Shown: in pieces, positions 45,140-54,699 of the stretch | How positions within the stretch are numbered: the stretch's first letter is position 1 | Layout of the letters: each line of letters begins with the position of its first letter | Source of the DNA: an uncultured Pseudomonadota bacterium | GTDB taxonomy: Bacteria; Myxococcota_A; UBA796; JAFGLY01 | Direction of reading: 5' to 3' | NCBI GenBank assembly: GCA_937912125.1 | Contig: CALDOK010000195.1 | Span: 17,384-81,383, forward strand | Length of the DNA stretch: 64,000 bases | Notes under the pieces: generated by a model | What the model was told of the DNA's origin: nothing | What the model saw: only the letters and a program-made list of their open reading frames with translations | The model's database searches: none | Translations under genes and position numbers: made by a program

Positions 45140-46954
45140 ATGTCGAGTGCTTCCTACAAGTCCGTGGTCGAGATGTTCCGCGACCGTGTGAGCTCCACGC
45201 CTGATGCCCAGGCCATGCTCTTCAAGCGCGCTGGCGCGTGGACCCACATCGACTGGCGCGACACGGGCAAGCGGGTGCACGACGTGGCCTGCGGCCTGGT
45301 GGCCCTGGGGCTCGAGAGCGAGCAGCGCTGCTCCATCCTGGCCAAGACCATGCCCGACTGGATCGTGGCGGACATCGGCATCCTCACCGCCGCCTGCGCC
45401 ACCACCACCATCTACCCCTCGAACACCGCCGAGGAGTGCGCCTACATCATCCAGGACTCCGGCACCCGGCTGGTCTTCGTCGAGAACGCCGAGCAAGCTG
45501 ACAAGCTCCGCGGCGTCAAGGACCAGCTCCCCGAGGTGATCAAGCTGATCACCTTCACCGACGGCGCCGACGGCGACTGGGTCATCAGCCTGGACGACCT
45601 GATGGAGCTCGGCCGTGCCTGGGACCAGGAGAACCCTGGCAAGATCGTCGAGATCGGCGACTCCATCGAGCCCGACCACCTGGCCACCATCATCTACACC
45701 TCGGGCACCACGGGCAAGCCCAAGGGCGTCATGCTCACCCACGACTGCTGGGTGTACGAAGGCGAGGCCATCGACAACCTCGACATCCTGCTGCCCTCCG
45801 ACAAGCAGTACCTCTTCCTGCCCCTGGCCCACAGCTTCGCCAAGGTCATGGAGCTCTGCTTCATCCGCATGGGCATCCCCACCGTGGTCGACGGCGACAC
45901 CGATGTGATGGTCAAGCAGCTGGCCGAGACCAACCCCACCTTCATGACCTGCGTGCCCCGCATCTTCGAGAAGGTCTACAACAAGGTGGTCGAGAACGCC
46001 AAAGCCGGCGGCAAGGTCAAGTGGGCCATCTTCCAGTGGGCCCTGAGCGTGGGTCGGCAGGTCAGCAGCCTGCGCCAGCAGCGCAAGGAGCCCTCGGGGC
46101 TGCTGGCTCTGAAGTACAGGCTGGCCGACAAGCTGGTCTTCCACAAGATCAAGGCCCTCTTCGGCGGCCGCATGCGCTTCTTCATCTCCGGCGGCGCCCC
46201 GCTGTCCAAGGAGATCGCCGAGTTCTTCCACGCCGCCGACATCCTGATCCTCGAGGGCTACGGCCTCACCGAGTCCTCGGCCGCCAGCTTCGTCAACAAG
46301 CCCGAGAGCTTCAAGTTCGGCACCGTGGGCCCCACCCTGCCCGGCACCCAGGTCAAGATCGACGACGACGGCGAGATCCTGCTCAAGGGCCGCGGCGTGA
46401 TGCGCGGCTACTACCAGCGCCCCGCCGACACCGCCGAGGTCTTCACCGAGGACGGCTGGTTCCGCACTGGCGACATCGGCAAGGTCGACGGTGACGGCTT
46501 CCTGGCCATCACCGACCGCAAGAAGGACATCATCGTCACCGCGGGCGGCAAGAACGTGGCCCCCCAGAACATCGAGAACTTGCTCAAGGCTCGCAGCCCC
46601 TACGTGTCCCAGATCGTGGTCCACGGCGACAAGCGCAACTACTGCTCGGCGTTGATCACCATCAACGAAGAGTCCGTCGGCAAGTGGGCCACGGAGCAGG
46701 AGATCACCTTCAGCGGCTACGCCGACCTCGCCTCCAAGCCCCAGGTCAAGCAGCTGATCCAGGCCGCGATCGACGGCATCAACTCCGAGCTGGCCTCCTA
46801 CGAGAGCATCAAGAAGTTTCAGATCCTGGACCACGACTTCACCATCGAGTCCGGCGAGCTGACCCCCAAGATGTCCATCAAGCGCAAGGTGGTCGAGAAC
46901 AACCACCGCGAGATCCTCGACGCCTTCTACCAGGGCACCATCGAGCAGATCTAG
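45140..46954 (+). CDS. Long-chain acyl-CoA synthetase (AMP-forming)
   Basis: AMP-binding motif IIYTSGTTGKPKGVMLTH, GYGLTES, TGDIGKVDGDGFLAITDRKKDII, KKFQILD...LTPKMSIKR. ATG 45140 (GGAG 6 nt upstream); the track start is GTG 45134. Confidence 0.9.
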   Translation: MSSASYKSVVEMFRDRVSSTPDAQAMLFKRAGAWTHIDWRDTGKRVHDVACGLVALGLESEQRCSILAKTMPDWIVADIGILTAACATTTIYPSNTAEECAYIIQDSGTRLVFVENAEQADKLRGVKDQLPEVIKLITFTDGADGDWVISLDDLMELGRAWDQENPGKIVEIGDSIEPDHLATIIYTSGTTGKPKGVMLTHDCWVYEGEAIDNLDILLPSDKQYLFLPLAHSFAKVMELCFIRMGIPTVVDGDTDVMVKQLAETNPTFMTCVPRIFEKVYNKVVENAKAGGKVKWAIFQWALSVGRQVSSLRQQRKEPSGLLALKYRLADKLVFHKIKALFGGRMRFFISGGAPLSKEIAEFFHAADILILEGYGLTESSAASFVNKPESFKFGTVGPTLPGTQVKIDDDGEILLKGRGVMRGYYQRPADTAEVFTEDGWFRTGDIGKVDGDGFLAITDRKKDIIVTAGGKNVAPQNIENLLKARSPYVSQIVVHGDKRNYCSALITINEESVGKWATEQEITFSGYADLASKPQVKQLIQAAIDGINSELASYESIKKFQILDHDFTIESGELTPKMSIKRKVVENNHREILDAFYQGTIEQI

Positions 46955-46956
46955 CC

Positions 46957-47517
46957 ATGGGCGCCTCCGATCTGAGCCCCGAGGAGCACCTGGCGGCGGT
47001 CTTGGCCCACGTGGGCTTCGACACCGACCCCGAGTGCGCGGCCACCCCCGCAGCCTTCCTCGGCTTGCTGCGGGGACTCGACCCCCGCCGGGCGGCTCCG
47101 GGCATCACGCTCATCGACGCCCAGTCCACGGATCCCCTCATCCTCCGTGAGGTGCCCTTCCAGTCCCTGTGCGCCCACCACCTGGTGCCGTTCCTGGGCC
47201 ACGCCTGCATCGGGCTGCGGCCGGCGGGGCGGCTGGCGGGCCTGGGCAGCATCGTGCGGCTGCTTCACCACCACGCGCTGCGTCCCCAGGTGCAGGAGCG
47301 GCTGGGTGCCACCCTGGCCGATGACCTCATCCTGCGCCTGGACGCTCGCTCGGTGTTCGTACACCTCAGCGCCCGTCACCTGTGCCTGGAGATGCGGGGC
47401 GCGCGCACGCCAGCCCTGGTCCAGACCCTGGCCTGGCGCGGCGAGGACGATCCCGATCTGCGGGCGCTGCTGGGGGAACCAGCCTCCACGCCCGAGCAGG
47501 GGCCACCGCCCCGGTGA
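46957..47517 (+). CDS. folE: GTP cyclohydrolase I (type 1)
   Basis: ATG 46957 lies 2 nt after the ligase stop. FQSLCAHHLVPF, PQVQERLG, SARHLCLEMRG (Zn ligands Cys/His/Cys). Confidence 0.85.
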   Translation: MGASDLSPEEHLAAVLAHVGFDTDPECAATPAAFLGLLRGLDPRRAAPGITLIDAQSTDPLILREVPFQSLCAHHLVPFLGHACIGLRPAGRLAGLGSIVRLLHHHALRPQVQERLGATLADDLILRLDARSVFVHLSARHLCLEMRGARTPALVQTLAWRGEDDPDLRALLGEPASTPEQGPPPR

Positions 47518-49521
47518 TCACTCGTCGGCGGCGGGCGGGCTCAAGGCCTGCTCCAGCTTGCGTGCCAGGCGGGAGTCGTCCGCGCCGCGGAAGCGGGGCA
47601 GACAGCCCAGGATGATGCCGTCGCCGTCGATGACGAACACGGTGGACATGCCCGGCACCTCGAGCTCCTCGAGGGCGTCACGGCCAGCCCAGGCGATGTG
47701 GTACTCGCGAGGGGGCGCGTCCTGCCAGAAGCTGTCGGACATCCAGGGCCTGTCATCCACCGACAGCAGGAAGAACTGCACGCCCTTGGACTCGTAGGCG
47801 TCGGCCAGATCGTTCAAGGGATCGAGGGTGTCCAGGCAGGCGTCGCAGGTGCTGGCCCAGATGTCGATGACCCGGACGCCGCCGAAGTCGCTCAGGGTGT
47901 GGTCCTCGCCATCGACCTGGATGGTCAGGTCGGGGAACGCCATGCCCACGTTGAGGTGATCCGGAGGCAGGGACTCACCGCCGTGGAAGCTGTCCGGCAG
48001 CCGGGTAGCCAGCCAGGCGTCGAGCCCGCCCGGAGCCCAGCGCTGGGCAGTGAACAGCCGCTCGGCGGCTTCGCGGGCCTGGAGCTCGAGCTCAGGCTCG
48101 TCCGAGGGGCCCATGGCCAGGCCACGCCCCAGGTGCTCGAGGGCCGGGCCCGCCAAGCCCAGCTCGGCGTAGACCAGGCCCAGGTGCAGGTGGAAGACGG
48201 GCTCTTGCTCACGGGACACCAGCAGCACCCGCCGCAGATCTGCCGCGGCCGCGGCGTGGTGACCCAGCAGATGGTTGATCCAGGCGCGGGTGTCGAGCCG
48301 TGCCGCGGTGAGGTGGGCCATCTTGTCCATCCAGGCGTCGTAGCCGTCGATGGAGGGATCCGACTGGGGATCGTAGGCGGTGACCTCGATGAGGGCGGTG
48401 TTGATGGCCTCGAGGGCGGCGCCCAGATCCCGCTGCTGGCTGGCGGCGGTGTAGGCGTAGGTGTTGGCCATGCTGCCGTTGGCCGGCTCGGCCTGCCAGC
48501 CTTCGTAGTAGGCCTTCAGGGCCCGCTTGGGCTTGCCGGCGCGCTCGAGGGCCATGCCAAGGGCTTCCTGGTAGTAGGCGCGGGTGAGCCCGGCCTCGGG
48601 GACGCGGTCTTCGAGGGCCTCGAGCTCGCGCACGGCGACGCCGGCGATGGCCTTGCGGCGCGCCCGGTCGATGCGCGCCTGCAGCGGAGACCATGGGTCG
48701 GTCTTGCGCTGGGCCCACTGGGCCTGGATGCTCCCGGACTGGCGCGGGCCCTTCCAGCCTGGGTCCAGCTCGGTGCAACGCTTGGCGGCCGCCGCCACGC
48801 CGGTGACATCCTCGGCGGCCCTGAAGACGTACAGGGCCGCGTGGACCTGGACCGGGTCATCGGATCCCAGGGCCTTGCGGGCAGCATCGATGGCGTCGGC
48901 GCGAGCCTGGTCGAGCTGGGGACCCTCGGGCTCCACCCCCCACAGGGCCGCCGCGTAGCGCAGCTCCCGAGGACGCTCGGCGTAGAAGGCCGCCAGGTCA
49001 GCGACCAGCCCGGCATCGACGGGCTCGTTGAGGAAGCGCAGCTGCAGGCCGTAGCCCCGGGCCTGGGCGGTGGCGCCAGAGAGGGCGATGATCACCTGGC
49101 GATCGGTGACCTGCTGGAACTCGCAGTGACGCCCGGCTTCGTAGCGGGCACGGAGGGCCAGGAAGCGCGCGTTTTCGTCGGCCGGCAGCGGGTCGACCAG
49201 AGCGGCCAGCTCTTGGCACCAGGGGCCCTTGCCTTCGTGCCGCCACGGCAGCAGGGTGGCCAGGGCGACGCGGGCGGTGACGCTGTCAGGCTCGCGATCC
49301 ACCCAGCTGCGGTACTGAGCCTCGATGGGCGGCCCGTCGCGAACGGTGCGCACCAGCGACCAGATGTACAGGCGATGGGCGTCCAGATCATCCGGGTCCA
49401 GGGCCAAAGCCTGGGCGGCGATGCGCACACCCTCTTCACCGCGGCCGGAGTCGGCCAGGTACCAACCCTGCTCGAGATCGGCAGCGAAGGTGACACCCGC
49501 GAACAGCAAGGACAACAACAC
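47518..49521 (-). CDS. Secreted TPR-repeat protein with C-terminal thioredoxin-like (TlpA/redoxin) domain
   Basis: Signal peptide MLLSLLFAGVTFA. Multiple TPR-like helices. C-terminal VRVIDIWASTCDACLDTL...GVQFFLLSVDD. Its stop is back-to-back with the folE stop (TGATCA). Confidence 0.7.
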   Translation of the reverse strand: MLLSLLFAGVTFAADLEQGWYLADSGRGEEGVRIAAQALALDPDDLDAHRLYIWSLVRTVRDGPPIEAQYRSWVDREPDSVTARVALATLLPWRHEGKGPWCQELAALVDPLPADENARFLALRARYEAGRHCEFQQVTDRQVIIALSGATAQARGYGLQLRFLNEPVDAGLVADLAAFYAERPRELRYAAALWGVEPEGPQLDQARADAIDAARKALGSDDPVQVHAALYVFRAAEDVTGVAAAAKRCTELDPGWKGPRQSGSIQAQWAQRKTDPWSPLQARIDRARRKAIAGVAVRELEALEDRVPEAGLTRAYYQEALGMALERAGKPKRALKAYYEGWQAEPANGSMANTYAYTAASQQRDLGAALEAINTALIEVTAYDPQSDPSIDGYDAWMDKMAHLTAARLDTRAWINHLLGHHAAAAADLRRVLLVSREQEPVFHLHLGLVYAELGLAGPALEHLGRGLAMGPSDEPELELQAREAAERLFTAQRWAPGGLDAWLATRLPDSFHGGESLPPDHLNVGMAFPDLTIQVDGEDHTLSDFGGVRVIDIWASTCDACLDTLDPLNDLADAYESKGVQFFLLSVDDRPWMSDSFWQDAPPREYHIAWAGRDALEELEVPGMSTVFVIDGDGIILGCLPRFRGADDSRLARKLEQALSPPAADE

Positions 49522-49606
49522 GACTCACCTCCTGGTCGAGGAGCGCTGCTCCCCGCGATCACACGCCTTCATAGCGGGTTGGGGCGCGCCCTGCATCGGC
49601 TGGGGG

Positions 49607-50278
49607 TCAGCCCGTGGCGCCTGACCCTGGCGCCCGTGGGAGCACGCGGTAGCGCAGGTAGATCTCCTGCCCGACCACGTCGTGGGACAGCAACTCGAGG
49701 CGAGGCAGCGAGCTGGGATCGAAGCCCGCGCCATCCGCCAGGGTGGGGCCACCCTGCCCGCCCAGGACCAGGGGGCAGAGGGTGACGTTGAGCTCGTGCA
49801 GCAGGTCTGCCTCGAGCAGCTGGGCGATGAGCGCACCGCCGCCCTCGACCAGCAGGTTGCGCACACCGTAGTGGGCGCCGAGGATGCCGACGGCCCAGGC
49901 CACGGTGGGCTCGTGCAGGGCCCGATGTATCGGGGTGCCGGGGGGCAGGCCCTCGAGCTCCGCGTCCGGGCCAGCCAGGAAGACGGGCCGGGTGTGGGGG
50001 TGGGCGTAGAAGCGCCCGCTGCGCGCGCCTGCGCCGCTGCGGGTGAGCACCGCGTTGATCATCGGGGTGGAGCGCGGCTGGCGCACCACCAGCGGATCTT
50101 CGATCAGGGGCAGGCTCCAGGCGCGCCAGGTGCGGCCGCCCACCAGCACCGCGTCGGCCCGGGAGCGCAGCCACGACATGCGGCGCAGGTCTTCGGCCGT
50201 CCCCAGACGCATGTGGTCGTAGTTCACAGGCCCCAGCTTGCCGTCCAGGCTGATGGCCGAGTTCGAGAAGACCTGCAT
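49607..50278 (-). CDS. RibD C-terminal domain / dihydrofolate-reductase-like NADPH reductase
   Basis: MQVFSNSAISLDGKLG...RADAVLVGGRTW...NLLVEGGGALIAQLL. Confidence 0.7.
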   Translation of the reverse strand: MQVFSNSAISLDGKLGPVNYDHMRLGTAEDLRRMSWLRSRADAVLVGGRTWRAWSLPLIEDPLVVRQPRSTPMINAVLTRSGAGARSGRFYAHPHTRPVFLAGPDAELEGLPPGTPIHRALHEPTVAWAVGILGAHYGVRNLLVEGGGALIAQLLEADLLHELNVTLCPLVLGGQGGPTLADGAGFDPSSLPRLELLSHDVVGQEIYLRYRVLPRAPGSGATG

Positions 50279-50281
50279 GGA

Positions 50282-50656
50282 CTAGCCCTCCCGGTAGTCC
50301 TCGGGCACCCGCTCGCACTCCACGGCCACTGATCCCACGTTGGGCATGTCGAAGGGCGCCTTGGTGACCCGGACCTTGGCCCGACCCACGGGGAAGCGGG
50401 TGCACAGGATCCGCGCCACGTCCTCGGCCAGGGCCTCGATGAGCTGGTAGCTGCGCGCGCCGATGTGCTCGACCAGCGCGCGGTTGACCTCGTAGTAGTC
50501 CACGATGCCGTCCGGATCGTCCTCGAGGGCGTTGCGACGGAAGTCGGTCCAGGCCTCGAAGTCCACCACCACCCGCTGCAGGATCTGGCGCTCGTAGTCG
50601 TGAAAGCCGATGTGGCAGTCGAACGAGAGCGCGGTACCGATGACCTTGTCCTTCAT
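50282..50656 (-). CDS. folB: Dihydroneopterin aldolase family
   Basis: ATG 50656 (MKDKVIGTALSF). IGFHDYERQILQRVVVDFEA...IVDYYEVNRAL...LIEALAEDVARIL...VRVTKAP. Confidence 0.75.
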   Translation of the reverse strand: MKDKVIGTALSFDCHIGFHDYERQILQRVVVDFEAWTDFRRNALEDDPDGIVDYYEVNRALVEHIGARSYQLIEALAEDVARILCTRFPVGRAKVRVTKAPFDMPNVGSVAVECERVPEDYREG

Positions 50657-50779
50657 GGGGGCTCCAGGGCGGAGCGTATGCCTAACCGCTCCCCCGTTCA
50701 CCGGGTCGTGGACTCGACGTTGACGATGAGGCCCTGTCGTGGCAGGTTCGAGCACCGGACCACACCCGAGGACTGCTGC

Positions 50780-52270
50780 ATGCGCGCGATGATCGCCTAC
50801 CCGCCGCTGGAAGGGAAGGGCAGCCCCATGCTGACCCAGAACCGGCAGTTCCAGTGGATGTCCAAGCCGAGCTACCTCTACCCCTGCGTCCCGGCCTCAG
50901 CGGCCACCTACCTGAAGAGCCTGGGCCACCAGGTCTGCTGGGCGGACCACATCACCGAGCAGAAGGACTGGGCCCAGTTCGAGCAGCTCGTCCGGGACTT
51001 CCAGCCCGAGCTCATCGCCATCGAGACCAAGGCCCCCGTGGTCCGTCAGCACTGGGCCATGCTGCCCCGCATCAAGGCCCTGTCCCCCGGGGTCAAGACC
51101 GTGCTGTACGGCGACCACGCCGCGGGCAAGCCCGACGAGTCCATGGAGCACAGTGTGGTGGACTACGTGCTCACCGGCGGTGACTACGACTTCTCCATCA
51201 AGGGCATCGTCGACCACCTCGAGAAGGGAACCGCCCTGGGCACGGGTGTGGTGTTCCGCAACGACGACGGCACCTGGGGCAACACCGGCCCCTACGTGCA
51301 CGAAGGAAACCTCGAAGAGCTCCCCTGGGTCGACCGCGACCTGACCAACGCCCACCTGTACTTCGAGAAGTGGAAGAAGCGCCTGCCCTTCATGTGGACC
51401 ATGGCCGGCCGGGACTGCCCGTGGGGCAAGTGCACCTTCTGCTCCTGGACCACCACCTACCCGCGCTTCCGCACCGTAGGCCCCGAGCATCTCCTCAACG
51501 AGATGGACATGCTCATCGACAAGTACGGCGCCAAGGAGATCTTCGACGACTCCGGCTCCCTGCCCGGCGGCGGCTGGCTGCTGCGCTTCCTCGAGGGCGC
51601 CATCGACCGCAAGATGGCCGACAAGATCATCTTCGACTGCAACTTCCGCTACGACTACCTCACCGCCAAGAACACCAAGCTGATGAAGAAGGCGGGCTTC
51701 CGCAAGCTGCTCATCGGGCTCGAGAGCGCCAACGAGCGCACCCTGGACATCCTCAACAAGAACCTCACCCGCGAGCAGATCATCGAGGGCTCCCGGCTGG
51801 CCAAAGAAGCCGGCCTCGAGGTCCAGCTCACGGTCATGGTGGGCTACCCCTGGGAGACCAAGGAAGACGCCTACGAGTCCCTGCGCCTGGCCCGCTACCT
51901 GATGACCAACGGGCTGGCTCACATGCTGCAGGCCACGGTGATCATGCCCTACCCAGGCACCCCCCTGTTCGACCTGTGTCACAAGAACGGCTGGATCCGC
52001 TTCGGCGCCGAGGAGTACGAGCGCTACGACATGACCGAGCCGGTCTGCGAGCTGACCGACATGAACGAGGAAGAGGTCGTGCGCATGGCCGGGCAGTTCT
52101 ACAAGCTGTTCCTGGACCCCCGCTTCTTCATGCGCCAGCTGGCCAACGTGCGCTCCGTCGAGGACATGGACTACATCTTCCGGGGCAGCAAGGCCATCTG
52201 GGGCCACATCAAGGACTTCGCCAAGCTGCGCCGCTGGGATGGCGCCGACGGCAAGGGCGACGACCGCTGA
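50780..52270 (+). CDS. B12-binding-domain radical SAM enzyme (class B) no. 3, with CX4CX2C cluster motif
   Basis: ATG 50780 lies within ORF 50465..52270. LIAIETKAP...VLYGDH...LTGGDYD. Cluster motif GRDCPWGKCTFCSW, which I verified codon by codon (51411-51440). Confidence 0.8.
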   Translation: MRAMIAYPPLEGKGSPMLTQNRQFQWMSKPSYLYPCVPASAATYLKSLGHQVCWADHITEQKDWAQFEQLVRDFQPELIAIETKAPVVRQHWAMLPRIKALSPGVKTVLYGDHAAGKPDESMEHSVVDYVLTGGDYDFSIKGIVDHLEKGTALGTGVVFRNDDGTWGNTGPYVHEGNLEELPWVDRDLTNAHLYFEKWKKRLPFMWTMAGRDCPWGKCTFCSWTTTYPRFRTVGPEHLLNEMDMLIDKYGAKEIFDDSGSLPGGGWLLRFLEGAIDRKMADKIIFDCNFRYDYLTAKNTKLMKKAGFRKLLIGLESANERTLDILNKNLTREQIIEGSRLAKEAGLEVQLTVMVGYPWETKEDAYESLRLARYLMTNGLAHMLQATVIMPYPGTPLFDLCHKNGWIRFGAEEYERYDMTEPVCELTDMNEEEVVRMAGQFYKLFLDPRFFMRQLANVRSVEDMDYIFRGSKAIWGHIKDFAKLRRWDGADGKGDDR

Positions 52271-52282
52271 GGGGCCGAGGGA

Positions 52283-53455
52283 CTACTGGGAGCCGTACCA
52301 GTACAGGGGCTCGCCGACCCCCTCGCTGGCCGTGTAGTACCCGCTCCCGTCCCACGCGAGCGCGATGGCCTCCCCCTTGGCATCGAACACCTCCGGGGTG
52401 CCGCAGGCCGGGGAAGCGAACGCCGTGTGCAGCGGCAGGCTCGGATCCCGCGCGAAGGCCCACACCCTGTCGTGGGTGCGGATCGCCACGATCTGGCCGT
52501 CGGGGGAGACGTCCCCTCCGGTGGCGTCCACATCGCCAGGCAGCGGGTCCGTCCCGAAGGTGAGGCTCCCCATCTGGGTGAGCGCGGTGGGCCCGGTCGT
52601 GGACAAGGGAGCCTGCGCCACGAAGATCCCTGACTCACCGCGGTCGTCCCGATCCCGCTCGACCAGGATGAGATCGCCCGTGAGCGGATCGATCAGCAGG
52701 GTCTCGGCGTCGCGGGGGCCGTCCGGGTAGGTCAGTGTGATGGCCTCGGCGCCCATGATCGCCCCGCCGTCGAAGTCGAGGGGTTCCGGGAAGCGGTACA
52801 CGGTGACGCTGCTTCGGGCCTCACTGTTGTCGCCTGTGTCCCCCACGTACAGGTAGGAGACGCCCTCCTCGGGCCCGGGGCCACGAGCGATGTCCTCCCA
52901 GTCGACGTCCGACACGCCCGCCAGCAGGAACGTGCCCAACAGGCGGGCATCGGTGCTGATGGCGAAGACCTCCGGGCCACGCCCCTGCGCGTCCGAGTGG
53001 CCCCACAGGACGCCTGCCGTCGAGGCCGCGGCGAGCCCTGACACCTCGCCCCAGCCCATGGCGCCCGCCACCGTGGCCTCGGCGAAGCCGGGACAGCTGG
53101 CGAGGACCTCCACGGTCATCTCCGAGCTGTGTCCTCCCTGGTCCACCACGGTCAGTGAGAAGCTGTGGTCGCCCTCGGCGAGCATGGTCGTGGTGACCGT
53201 CTCCCCTGCCACGACCGCGCCATCAGGCAGCGTCCACTCGTAGCCCTCGATGGCCGATCCGCCAGCGCTCGAGCCGAGCCCTGAGAGGACGACCTCGAAG
53301 GGGACGACGCCCACGGTGGGTTCGGCGGTGGCCACCGCCGTCGGCCCGGCGGCGGTATCGGACGGGGAGTCGGAGTCGACGCCGTCGGGGGGCTCGGAGT
53401 CGATGACCTTGGGGGAGCAGGCCACAAGAGAGAGCGCGAGGGAGAGGATGATCAT
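52283..53455 (-). CDS. Lipoprotein with PKD domain and beta-propeller-like C-domain
   Basis: ATG 53455 gives MIILSLALSLVAC. PKD-like VPFEVVLSGLGS...IEGYEWTLPDGA...GDHSFSLTVVDQGGHS. Confidence 0.7.
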   Translation of the reverse strand: MIILSLALSLVACSPKVIDSEPPDGVDSDSPSDTAAGPTAVATAEPTVGVVPFEVVLSGLGSSAGGSAIEGYEWTLPDGAVVAGETVTTTMLAEGDHSFSLTVVDQGGHSSEMTVEVLASCPGFAEATVAGAMGWGEVSGLAAASTAGVLWGHSDAQGRGPEVFAISTDARLLGTFLLAGVSDVDWEDIARGPGPEEGVSYLYVGDTGDNSEARSSVTVYRFPEPLDFDGGAIMGAEAITLTYPDGPRDAETLLIDPLTGDLILVERDRDDRGESGIFVAQAPLSTTGPTALTQMGSLTFGTDPLPGDVDATGGDVSPDGQIVAIRTHDRVWAFARDPSLPLHTAFASPACGTPEVFDAKGEAIALAWDGSGYYTASEGVGEPLYWYGSQ

Positions 53456-53540
53456 GCTTCGATCATGACCAACTCCTGGCGGAATGGCAAAGGCGCAGCT
53501 CCCGCAGAGGTCGATCAGCCGCCCTCGAGACCCCGTCACG

Positions 53541-54527
53541 TCAAGGCCGATCCGTCTCCACCCCCGCCAGGCGTAGACCGAGCCAGCGCAGCGCCTCGGT
53601 GTTCTCCGGCTGGTCGAAGTAGTCGCTGCCCACGCTCCCATCCGACCACTGCTCCTGCCCGTCGTACTCCCAGGCCATGAACATCACGCAGCCAGGTACC
53701 GCGCTCAGGACATAGCCGTACTCGACGATCTCCTCGGCGGACATGGCGTGGCGGTTCTGGGACCAGCCGGGCTGCAAGCTGGAGCCGTCACCTCCATCGG
53801 CGATGTTCAGCCCGTTGACGATCTCGAGACCCAGCTCGTCGGCCGCCGCCATGTTGATGAGCGCATACTCCTCGACGTTGCCATAGTCGGCCATGTACTG
53901 GTTGATCGATGCGTCCAGGTGCTCGAAGCGGCCGCTGGTGGGGTGAGGCACCCGAGCAGCCTCCTCCCGCACGGCCACCTGGAGCCGGGGCAACAAGCCG
54001 TGGCTGAAGCGGGCCATCTCATCGAGCTCGTCCCCGGTGGGAGAGAGGCCCTCGAAGTTCCCGATGTCGTCCAGCAGCATGTGGTAGGCGATCGTGCCGT
54101 CGTCGATGAACTCCTGGACCCCTGAGTCGTTCCAGGGCGCGAGCATCTGCTTCCAGGCCCCGAGATCGAAGTCGCCATCCGCGGTGGTGTAGTAGCCGTG
54201 ATCACCGGCCATGCGGAGGTTGACCCGAAGCCCGGCATCCCGGACCATGGGCAGCAACATGCCGACCCCGTAGCTCGGGCTGTAGGTGGAGGTGTGAAAG
54301 GCCGAGATCCCGAACTGTTCCTGGACTCCGCGCAACCCGTCGGGATCGTGAAAGCCGTTGAGGCCCCACAGGCCAAACGGGATCGGTGGCTGATCGGGGT
54401 CCATCTCCCACTCGTAGAGGTAGCCCGTGTCCGGGAACTGGGCGCCTCCAGTCCAGCAGCCGCTCAGCAGCGCAGGCGCGAGCAGGAGGAGCCATCGGGG
54501 CCGTTGGAAGTACACTGCGAGACGCAC
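53541..54527 (-). CDS. Lipoprotein, unknown function
   Basis: GTG 54527 gives RLAVYFQRPRWLLLLAPALLSGC. No catalytic motif recognised. Confidence 0.6.
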   Translation of the reverse strand: MRLAVYFQRPRWLLLLAPALLSGCWTGGAQFPDTGYLYEWEMDPDQPPIPFGLWGLNGFHDPDGLRGVQEQFGISAFHTSTYSPSYGVGMLLPMVRDAGLRVNLRMAGDHGYYTTADGDFDLGAWKQMLAPWNDSGVQEFIDDGTIAYHMLLDDIGNFEGLSPTGDELDEMARFSHGLLPRLQVAVREEAARVPHPTSGRFEHLDASINQYMADYGNVEEYALINMAAADELGLEIVNGLNIADGGDGSSLQPGWSQNRHAMSAEEIVEYGYVLSAVPGCVMFMAWEYDGQEQWSDGSVGSDYFDQPENTEALRWLGLRLAGVETDRP

Positions 54528-54699
54528 TCGGCCTCCGCGGAGCCAGCGAACGAGGAGATGAACGAACGGGTACGACTACTCTATCGTATTCTCGCCGGGC
54601 TTCTTGAGTCCAAGGCTCGCATCCCCGTGCCGAGGCGGCCGACGGTCCGCGCGTTCGTCCACTGTCTCCGGCCTCCTGGCGGCGTGCCACCGCCCGCCT

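Noticed and set aside
49212-49232. TGGCAC...TTGC-like string; also TGGCACG at ~58155 and ~31611
   Set aside because: These lie inside coding regions with wrong spacing or no -12 element, so they are chance occurrences.
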